From contig CP154954.1 of assembly GCA_039621445.1 (NCBI GenBank), positions 49,207,847 through 49,271,846 on the forward strand: a DNA stretch of 64,000 bases. Direction: 5' to 3'. The DNA is from Euglena gracilis (lineage: Eukaryota). Both the position numbers and the translations under genes were made by a program. The notes under the pieces were generated by a model. It had not been told where the DNA came from. It did no database searches and worked only from the letters and a program-made list of their open reading frames with translations. Of the stretch, positions 13,916 to 24,060 are shown in pieces. Each line of letters opens with the position of its first letter. The first letter of the stretch is position 1.

Positions 13916-14765
13916 GGGGTTTACCACCGGTTCGTGCTAGGAAGCCTGAAATCCGGTTCGTGAGTGTTCGTGATTGTTCGTGATTGTTCGTGATTGTTCG
14001 TGCTTCCAAAAAACCGCCCGGTTTTCCATTTTCCTTGGCAAAAAGTTATTCTTCTTGTGCTTTGGTTTCTTGTGCCTCTTTTAATCAACATATTCAGGTC
14101 AATGGGGAAAGCAAAAGAGGCTTGGAAGATGCACTGCAAAGCAACGAAAAATCAGTGCCAACGTATCATCAAGCAGACTGTGAGATCAGCAATTTTCTGC
14201 CTCTTTGGGGCAGGTTGTTCGTTGGGAACCTGACACCGAAGGACAAAAATACACCTTTTGAAAAACACAAAATACCTCCATATCACGTTTGGGTGCATCC
14301 ATCAATTCACCTAAAAGACCAGGGTTTTCCACAATCTTTGGTTTGCGAAGGAGGTTGTCCTTGCGAGTTGACGATGAAACATGTCGCTTTGCATATGTCT
14401 TCTCGGCCCAGTGCACTGAAACATGGCAAACACTGCACCACATTTCTGAACCTCTCACTTCCATCACTCCACCAAACTGAAAAAGGTGACAAAAAGGGGG
14501 GAAATCAAACAAGATAGATATGACACCTGGGCAGCATGCTTTTGAGGAGTCATTTTGCCACCTCCTTCCATGATCTTTTCTCTTTGGTTAATTGAGCAAC
14601 ACCGTCATTCTCAGAAAAAGACATTTCTGCAAGGGTGACGAAAAAATTCGGTTCGTGATTGTTCGTGATTGTTCGTGATTGTTCGTGATTTTGCCAAAGT
14701 CCCAAGTTTGTGATGGTTCGTGATTGTTCGTGATTGTTCGTGGCACGAACCGGTGAAAAACCCTG
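13916..14765 (-). mobile_element. Internally deleted hAT-type DNA transposon with transposase remnant
   Basis: 8-bp TSD CTTTGTGC (13908-15 / 14766-73); TIR CAGGGTTTTTCACCGGTTCGTGC (left copy degenerate); subterminal (GTTCGTGATT)n arrays at both ends; encodes a zinc-finger remnant. Confidence 0.8.
14150..14571 (-). pseudogene. Truncated hAT transposase N-terminus with CGGBP1-like zinc finger, containing GT-AG introns
   Basis: MEGGGKMTPQKHAAQ | GT-AG intron 14526-14477 | FGGVMEVRGSEMWCSVCHVSVHWAEKTYAKRHVSSSTRKDN...DME | second GT-AG intron ~14275-14230 | VPNEQPAPKRQKIADL. It resembles the CGGBP1 finger (TPxxxxxEFGG...LFCxxC...HLxSxTH) as recalled, not searched. Confidence 0.7.
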
Positions 14766-15049
14766 CTTTGTGCTGGTCAGTTGGAAAAAATTCCTAGCCC
14801 TGCTAGCAGCCACTAGGCCCACTGGGGGGAGGGTGTCCACTTGCCAAATTTGGACTGCCCGCCCCCCCCTTGTTGTACGACCGGGTTCCTGCAACCTGTG
14901 ACCGGGGGGTGGTCATAAATGAGGGGGCGGTCATAGGTAAGGTGGTGTCCAATTTTTCGCAACCTGCAACCTGTGACGGGGGGGGGTGCTCTGGGGTGCC
15001 TGCCCATAGCAGGCACCCCCCCCCCGGTGTTTCCCAGTGCCGACCCAGC

Positions 15050-15343
15050 CATGCTTTTGCTTGCCAACCGGGGGGGGGGGGGGGGTGTGGGTGCTATAGG
15101 GTGCCTGCCCCTAGCAGGCACACCCCCCCCGGGGGGGATAGGGGTCCGGGCCGGACCCAGAAAATTTTCATTGAAAATGGCCTTTTCCGGGCCCCCGGCG
15201 CCGAAGGCGCCGGGGTCGGAGGGGGGTGCCTGCTAGGGGCAGGCACCCCCCAAAACCCTACCCCCCCCCCCCGGGGGGGGTGCCTGCCCCTAGCACCCAC
15301 CCCCCCCCCCCGTGGGGTAGGCACCCGACTAAGCACAAGCCTG
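15050..15343. mobile_element. hAT-type MITE family B
   Basis: Same TIR and body; perfect TSD GACCCAGC. Confidence 0.92.
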
Positions 15344-15429
15344 GACCCAGCCAATTTCCCTTTGAAAATGGCCATTTTCGGGCCCTGGCACCTTCGGCGC
15401 TGGGGGGGGGGTGCTCTAGCACCACCCAC

Positions 15430-15596
15430 CAGGGTTCGATATAAGGACAGGTGGGGGGGGGTGGCCCGGACCCCCCCACCCGGGCAAGGCGGGGGGGGGG
15501 GGGTGGGGGGGACACCCCCCCCCACCTAAACAGGTGTGCGGTCAGGGTGGCCGAATTCGCGCCGGGCCGAAAATTTTTGACCCCCCAAACTTCGAC

Positions 15597-15639
<43 letters not shown>

Positions 15640-15894
15640 AAAAAAAAAAACAAAAAGTGCCATTTTTGGGGCACTTTTTTGTGGCAAAAAATGTGGCCAC
15701 ATGCAAAAAAATTTCGGCGGCAAAGGCGCCGGAGGAAAAATTGAACGCCTTTTTGGGGGGGTCCCCCCGGGAAACCCCCCCGAGGGTCGGTCCGGACCCC
15801 CCTGGCAGGTGGGGGGGGGGTGGTCCGGACCCCTCCATGCGGGCCAGGAGGGGGGGAGCCTAAACCATGTACGCCCTCCTTATATCAAACCCTG
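15430..15894. mobile_element. hAT-type MITE family A
   Basis: Same TIR and body; perfect TSD CCACCCAC; internal poly-A expansion 15598-15650. Confidence 0.92.
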
Positions 15895-16405
15895 CCACCC
15901 ACCCCAAAACACGACCCCCCCCCCAGACAGAACGGGCAGGCCTGGTGGGGGGAGTCGACCACCCCAACCTGGGAGGTGGGGGGGGGGGTCGAACCCCCCC
16001 ACCCACCACAGCATTTTCATGAATTTCTTTTAACAAATCCACCCGGCGCTGAAGGCGCTGGGGAAAACTTTTGGGGGTTGAAAATTGCTGAATTGTGATC
16101 TCCCGGAAATACGGGAGGAGGAGGTGGGGGGGTCCGCCATACAGGGGGTGGGGGGGGTCGACCCCCCCCCCCCCCCCCCGGCTGTTTGGCGATTCCCGTT
16201 TTTGCCCTGTCCGGGGGGGGTCGAAAGTGGTAGAAGTGTACACTTCCTCAAACAGAAGCCTGGATGGGAAGATGATAACAGTGGTGATGATGACGATGAG
16301 ATGGGATTGATGGGTTTGGGAATGGGAGCAAATATATTGTCATTTGCTTCAGGATGGGAACCACAAATCAGTTCCTTGATCCAGAAAAAAAAAACAGCTC
16401 TGCGC

Positions 16406-16507
16406 GAGTCCCCTCTTCCCAAGCACGGCACACGCAGCTGAGCCCACAGACTGCATCCGTTGTCAAAAAGTTCAGCAAATGCTGAAACACATCCGATGGC
16501 AAAGCCA
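16406..16507 (-). CDS. F-box domain exon (ALPSDVFQHLLNFLTTDAVCGLSCVCRAWEEGT)
   Basis: Reverse-strand translation (not in the ORF track) fits the F-box consensus LPxE/DhhxxIhxxLxxxxhxxhSxVCRxW. It is flanked by TTG+5 nt and C|GCG-CAG nonconventional boundaries. Confidence 0.75.
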
Positions 16508-19500
16508 ATGGTCAAGGTAAAGCATTTGCTTCAAACACAAGGGGTTGCATTGGACTGGATATCATCATCTGGCCTTGGGGGGGTTCAAGAATCATTTCTC
16601 CGGGTTGGGTAAACCATGTCCCCCCCATGTAAGACCCCCTTTGGGAGTCAAAATCCTTGGAGGGTTCTTATATGGGGGGGTGGTCGTGGGCAAAGGGAGG
16701 GGGGTCTTTTATTTGTCTTGGGAGGCATGGTAACAGGAAGCAAGACTGGGGCTCATAGCAAAAGCTGTGTTGAGATCCATGGCTGACAGTGCTGCGCGGG
16801 TGCCCAGGCCCTGAAAAGGAAAGCACAATGGGGGTGTACGGGTCGCGGGGGAAATCGCGGTGGGGTCGAAGGGGTGTTTGCGGGGGGAACGTGGCAGTTT
16901 TCACGGGTCACGTGTGACCTGTGTGACCTCACATACAACGTCATATGTGACGTATTTTTGGACCTTTGGGTCCAACAATAGATCTAATTTGGAATTTGCC
17001 ACAAATTTTTGGCAATTTTGATTCCTAATTTGTGTGCCAATTCATAATTTGGGAGCCATTTTTGGCTCCCACTGGGATCCGGAAATCCTGCATGCGTGGG
17101 TCGCGGGGGGTCGCGGGGTGTGGTAGCAGGGGGCGGGGGGTGTCGCAGGGGGGGTCGCGGGGGGTACACCCCCAGTGAAATAAGGAAAGAGAATGGCATA
17201 TCTTCGTGCAAAGGGGTTTATGTGATAGTTGCAATCAGATTCAACTGAGTGAGAGGTGCTAGCTGGCTGGCTGGGTGGGCCAGCTTTGGGAATTACCCTC
17301 ACCCCCCCCCCCCTCAAAGTGGCCGCCCTCCAGGCCCCGTGGGAACCCAAAACGGCCACTCTGGGCGGGCGGGGGGGGGGGGGCAATTTGGGGGGTCAAA
17401 CTCTGGCCTTCGGCGCCAAAAGAAAGCAGCCACTTTGATGGGGGGGTAAACCAAAATTTGCCAAAAGAATTTGGCCACTTTGGGGGGGGGGGTGAGGGAA
17501 GCATCCCCCCCCAAGCTGTTCTCGTCCCCAAGACCCTTGACGGCCAATGGGAATAGCTCAGGGGGGGGGGGTCCAAGGAAAGATGAAAATTCTAGATTGA
17601 GATCTGCATGCCGATATACATGGGCATGCATATACATGGGAATTTTTTGAGAAAACAGCAATGCCCAGGCTGTTATAATTACGATGATTATAAGCTAATA
17701 CCAAAAACCTGGGGGAGATCTTCCCCCCCCCCTTTTTTCTCCCCTGGTTTTCCATTTATGCATATATTATCACAGATTTTTCTGACCATGACCCGATGTC
17801 CCACCACAGCAGCAACAGTTCCACCCCCACTCCCCCTCCCCCGACCCCTCCGACCCCCCCCCAGGCCCCCTCACGCTCTCCCCACCGTCGTCCCCCGAGG
17901 CCCCAGCTACTGGCACCCCCCCCCCGTTCCACAACGAGGACCCCGCCCAGACCACCCAGCTGGCCCAAAAACAAGAAGCATTTTCCCTGGGGGATGGCAT
18001 AATCTGGGCGGTTGGTTTGTTTTTTATGTGTTTGTTTTGGTCTGTTCCCTCTCTGAAGTTCTTCCTGCTGAAGTCCCCCCCAACCCCGACTCCACCTCTC
18101 CCCCCGCCCATCCTGGTCGGACGCCGACCATTCCCTGCCCCCACCCCCGGCTTCCCTTCCCCCCCCCCTACCCCCCCCCCCCCCGCGGGCCCCCAGGGTG
18201 GCTCCCCCCCCCCCCCCGCCAGTCCCAGCATCCCACCCCACCAGTCCCCGCAGCCCGGCCCCCGCCACCCCCACCAGCCAGCCCCCTGCCAGCCCCACCA
18301 GCAGCCAGCACCCCAGCCAGTCCCAGTCCTCCACCCGCCGCCGCGACCAGCTGCTCCCGCACCTCCACTCGTTGGGGCAGTGCGGGGGCTGCGGGGCGCA
18401 GCTGCTGAAGGGGGGCCACAACCGGCAGTTGTTTATTTGCCAGGAGTTGGACCAGTGGGAAAACAAAACAAAACCCTTTGTTTACACCTAGCGTCCGAAA
18501 TGTTGCCCACGGCCAACAAAAGGAGGCTAGGCGCGCCGCTCGGGGGGGGGTCCGGCCCCCCCCGCCCCCCCCCCCCCCGCAGCCCCTGCGCGGCCACCCG
18601 CGCGGCCGATCGCCCCCCCCTGGCCCCCCCCCCACCCCCCACTGTGCCTAGCATAGCCAAGAAAAAAATTTTTGGTGAAAAAATCGCGATTTTTTGAGGT
18701 CCAAAAATGACCAAAAATGACCATTTTCGGACACAAAATGGCAAATTTGGGGGCCGCGCGCTCTGCGCGCGGCCAAAAAAGCACTTTTTGGTCAAAAATG
18801 GCCCAAAAATGGCAAAAAATGACCACTTTTTGGACCCGAAAATCACCGATCTTAGGATGCGTTCCGCCCGCGCGGCCGCCCTCGGACCCCCCCCCCCCAC
18901 CCCCCCCCCTCCCCCCCCGCGCGGCCGCCCGCGGCGCTCCCCCCCCCAGCCCCCCCCTGCTGTGCCTAGCCTCCAAAATATTTGCCCAGCGCCCACAAAA
19001 AATTTGCCCAGAGCTGTCAAAAATTTTTGCACTCCGCTGCCAAAAATATTTGCACTTGCTAAAAAAATGTTTGCCCTCCGTCATTTAATTTTTGCACAAT
19101 GAAAAAAAACCTTTCAGATGCACCGGTGCTTGCAGATGAATTCTCTATATCGAGAACTGTGTCCCAAACGCCGGTTCGGGCGGGAAACCTGTGCCTAGGA
19201 CGCCGGTTCGGGCGGTAGCCCGAACCGGCGTCCTAGGCACAGGTTTCCCGCCCGAACCGGCGTTTGGGACACAGTTTTTGAAACCGTGTATTGGGGGCTC
19301 TGGTTTCACGCCCGAACCGGCGGCCGAGGAATCACGGCCAATTTCGCCCAAAACACCCATGTTTGGGGATGTGCAAAAATGGCAAAATGTGCAAATTTGG
19401 GCAAAAATGCGCAAAAAAAATGCGCAAATATGGAAAATGTGCAAAATTGGGCAAAAAAATGCGCAAAAAATGCGCAAAAAAAATGGAAAATGTGCAGAAA

Positions 19501-20059
19501 CGGGGGGGGGGGGAAATGTGCAAAAAAATGCGCAAAATGTGCAAAAAATGCGCATTTTTGAAAAAAATTGACAAAAATGCGCAAAAATGCGGAAAAATGC
19601 GCAGCACATTCCCTCCCTGCTTACTGTTCCTGTCCCGTGGCCCCCTTTTGGGTCCATGGGAACAGTAAGGGGGGGGGGCATGGTATTTCCGGGGGGGCTC
19701 CCAACCCGAATTTGGGCCGCTGGTTGGATTTGAGTTGTTGGCTGGCTGGACCCCCAGGATTGGCTATGACGATCCCAAAGGTCGGGCCGACCATTGGCTA
19801 TGGCTACCGACCCCCCCATATAAGACCCCCCCCCTGGGATTTTGTCTCCCGAGGGGGGTCTTAAATGGGGGGGGGGGGCATGGTATGCCATGGTCGGCCC
19901 GACCTCCGGGATCGTCATGCCAATCATCCACCCGGAGCCCCCCACGGCACCCCGGATTTCCAGATTTCTCCACTTTTCAGGACATTCTCTCCACTAATGA
20001 GGCAAATGACGCTTTCCTTTGACCGGAAAACGAAGTCGAAGGGAGATCAGGCAGTAGAC

Positions 20060-20440
20060 TTTGGTCATTTTGACCCCTCTCCCCCCTCCCCTATGGTAAA
20101 GTTCACCGTTTGAAAGTTCACCGGAAGGTCCCGGACCCTCTCCCCCCCCCCTGCCTAACCCATCGGTGAACTTCACTGGTGAAGTTCACCATGAGCACTT
20201 TTTTGGCCAAAAATGGCCGAAAATGACATTTTTGGGCAAGTTTTCGGAAATTTTCGATTAAATTCCATGAAGCATCAACCTCAAAATGACCATTTTGAAA
20301 GGAAAGGTGCAAAATTTCACCCATGAAAATTTCACCCCCAACCATCAAAACGGTGAAGTTCACCGGTGAACTTCACTAGTGAACTTCACCGCCGAAAGTA
20401 CCCCCCGAACGGTGAACGTTCACCGGTGAAGTTCACCGGA
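20060..20440. repeat. Interspersed element with GGTGAA(C/G)TTCACC palindromic motifs
   Basis: Reverse complement of 31250-31600; a third copy at ~28190-28560. Confidence 0.8.
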
Positions 20441-21921
20441 CCGGGGAGTCCACAGCCCCCCCCCCCCCCCCCCCTACAGCCTAACCTCCAAGGATCCTGA
20501 TTCTCCTTTCCACCTATCAAACATTCTATCAAAATTGGTGGGGGGGTACACGGGCTTTGTCCTGAGCCCTGTGTAGGGGTACACGGGCTTTGTCCGGAGC
20601 GTAGCTCCGGACAAAGCCCGTGTACCCCTACACAGGGCTCAGGACAAAGCCCGTGTACCCCCCCACCAATTTTATAAGCCCGTGTACCCCCCCCCCCTCC
20701 GGATTTGGACAAAGCCCGTGGACCCCCTACAGCGGCCATGTAGCGACCGTTGGCCTATTTTTTCCTTTCCACGGCTATGATGCTCCCACAGCTCGTTAAC
20801 GCGGCCGAGTCGGCTCTCCCGCTCCTGCCCGCACTTGATGATTTCCTAAGGGACCTGGAGAGAGGTTTGGAATCCTTGACCTGGAAATTTTTCAGGGCCG
20901 CATATGCCTTTTTTATATTTTTTACGCTCCCCTCTACTACAAAAAAGGGGTGGCGGACGCCGGTTCTGTCCAAAACCCGGCGTTCCGGACGCCGGTTCCG
21001 TCCGAAGGACGGAACCGGCGTCCGGAACGCCGGGTTTTGGACAGAACCGGCGTCCGCCACCCCTTGTTTAAAGCGGCGTTTTAGAGACGCCGGGTTCAGG
21101 ACAGAACCGGCGTCCTCACCCTTCGGTCAAAGGACACTCCCAGGACCAATCGCCGACCACTTATCTGCAATGTCACGCCACTTTGCATTTCACCAAATTC
21201 CGGCGATCGCGAGGGTATTTCTGGCTGTGTCGATCGTCCTGGTACAAACTCACCCCTCAATTGAAAGCTCTTTTCATCAGACGACTGGCGATCACCACCA
21301 AATTCAGCCACGCCGCCTGGAGCTCTTACTTTTTGTCACTGGGAAATCCTAATTTCACAACTCTGGTGCCCCCGGAACCCCTCAGGTGGTTGATTCGAAG
21401 AGAAAAAACGTTTCTGTAAGGTTTATTAAGCATCTCAAACCAAAAATTACTGAAAATCACCACACATTTCGACTCAGATTCTGGCCGATCCGACGATCGC
21501 GAGCGTATCTCGGGCTGCGTGCAACGTTAGGGTACCAAGTTACCCCTCGATCGAAAGCTCTTTTCAACAGACGACCAGCGGTGGTCATCAGATCTTTCCA
21601 CGATGCACGGTACTCTATTTCAAAATCTGGGCCAATTTTCACCAAATTTGGATATCCACCCCACTGGTCCCCAAATGGCAAAATTCATTGTCCTAGATGG
21701 TTGAAACAGTCATACCAGCACCTTAGGGCCACTTTTGGGCACTTTTCGTGACATTTTTAGGAATGAAAACCGGACGCGGGGTTTTGGACAAAACCGGCGT
21801 TCCTAACGCCGGGTTTTAGGACAGAACCGGCGTCCGGAAAACCCGTGGGGGGGGACGCCGGTTCTGTCCTGAACCCGGCGTCTCAAACGCCGGTTTAGGA
21901 TGAGGAACAGCTGCCTCAAAA

Positions 21922-22460
21922 GTGTCCCCAAAAAGTGTTGTGTCAGCTGACTCTGCCGTCAAAATTTGCGAGAATGGGGGCTGGAAAACGCAAAATTTGG
22001 ATGAGTACATGGTTGCCTTTGCAAAGTGGACCCTCTGTGCGGAATGCCGGTCAACACGGAACCCAAAATTGTGGCGGTCAAGGCAAACCGGAAAGTGCTG
22101 TGTGAGGAGGCTGGAGTGCCCATGTATGAATGGGCACCCTCGACTCTGACCACTAACATGAATGCGCTCGCGGTGCTCCAAAAGCATGGCAGGCCAGAGC
22201 GACAGATCGTTCCAAAGGCAAAGAGGCAATTTCCAAATTTTGTACGTTTTTATGACAATGCTGCTTCGCGGCACTTACAGACAAAAGCCCAAGCCCCAGA
22301 GGTGAACGTTCTGGCCGATTCTGACCTGCTGGAAATGCACGCCAAAACGCGCTGGGATTCCTGGTTCGAGGTTCAAAGGTACAACATCCTGGTGTTGTTG
22401 TGCAGCCTCGGCCAACGCCAAGAGTCGCTCAAATTGCTGCGCGTGGGAAATTTTCACCTG
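21922..22460 (+). pseudogene. Possible tyrosine-recombinase (Crypton/DIRS-VIPER/TATE-like) remnant inside a TIR-bounded element
   Basis: Two overlapping frames; ends in YNILVLLCSLGQRQESLKLLRVGNF, resembling YR box I (hhhhxxxGxRxxEhxxLxxxD/N); truncated by repeats. Confidence 0.4.
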
Positions 22461-23879
22461 CGCATTGCAGTTTTCACTTTCGGGGGGGGGGTACACAGGG
22501 CTCAGGACAAAGCCCGTGTACCCCCACACGGGGCTCAGGACAAAGCCCGTGTACCCCCCCTCCCGCTAAAGCCTGCATAGGGGTCCACGGGCTTTGTCCA
22601 AATCCGGAGGGGGGGGTACACGGGCTTAAGCCAAAATTTGGATTGATCCCACCAACAACACCCTCACCCCCCCCCCAAGTGGGAGGGGAGACACTTTGGG
22701 GCGGGGTCAAATTTCGTCCTTCGGCGCCTTTGCGCTGAAGGACGAAACCAAATTGCGTCCTTGGAGCGGAAAGAAAATGACCACAGGGGTGATGAACTAA
22801 AATTGCCAAAATTTTTGGCCGCTTTCGGGGGGGGGGGGCACTTTAAGGGGGGGTGAGGGTGGTTGTGGAAATTGATGAAAAATGGTAAGAGCAAAGAGCT
22901 GGCTCTGTTTCCTATGCTGCCCCTGGAACAAACACCATCTGAAAGGAAAAGGTTAGGAAATCAACCAAAAATCTATTATCTCATTGCATGATGGGATGGG
23001 GGGCATGCAACTGACCTGTGTCTCTTATCAAACACCTTGGAGTTGAGTTTGTCGAACATGCAACTCGAGGTTGACACATGGCTTTCCTTTGGTCAGGAAG
23101 CACCTTCTTCTTAACTTCCATGCATCTCTCCGGTTGGTCTCTTTGAAACTCTCTGTCGCCCAACATCTTTGAAGCCATGAGAAATGGAAAGGTCATTGAT
23201 TCAAAGTTGCTGCGGAGAGAACGATGATTGCACAAGGGGGGGGGGTCCTGTGGGACCCCCTGTCGAGTTGTGAACTCAACCAAATTCGAGTTCGCGGGTG
23301 GCCGGGGTCTGGACTGGTCAAGTACATGGGGGGGGGGGGGGGCTCGCGGGACCCTGTCGAGCTCCGAACTCAACCAGACAAGGGGGGGAGGGGGTAGTAT
23401 TGGGACCAGAACCCTCCAAAGTGGTTTTTGGGAACGGGCGCCTGAATGGAAATCAATTGGCCCACCCACCACAGTATTCCGAAAATCGAATGGCCAATAT
23501 GGCCCATGTTACAAATCCCAACACCCAAAGGCCAACCAAGGGGGGAATTTTGTGGGGGGGGGGTGACTGTGAGTTTTTTTTTTGGATGTGGAAAATGAAA
23601 CTTTTGGTTTTAAGACTTTTGCCTTTTAGAGCTTTTTGAGCTTTGGGATTTTTTTTTGCCTTTCGGAGCTATGGAGGCAAGACACGGCGGGAGGGGGGGG
23701 GGGGGGGGGGGGGGGGGGTGGGGGGGTTGGGGGGGTCCGAGGGCAGCCGGGTGATTTTCGGGTCCAAAAAGTGGTCATTTTTGGCCATTTCGGGCCATTT
23801 TTGAGCAAAAAAAATTTTTGGGGGGCTGCCGGGGAGCGCAGCCCCCAAATTTTGCCATTTTTCTATGCCCCCCCCCATA

Positions 23880-24060
23880 CCACCCCCCCCCCCTTTATTG
23901 TCCCCCCCCCTTTATTGTCCCTGGGCCCCGGCCGACGGGGGGTTTTTTTGGCCCGGCCAATGAAATTCCTTTGGTACCCCTTTATTGTCCCCCCCCCTTT
24001 ATTGTCCGGTCGGGCCTCCTGGGGGCAGGTCGGTGGGACAATAAAGGGGGGGGGGGGTGG
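23880..24060. mobile_element. TA-flanked MITE family G nested in another MITE
   Basis: TIR CCACCCCCCC..TTATTGTCCC, TA both sides; second copy at 37599-37774. Confidence 0.85.
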
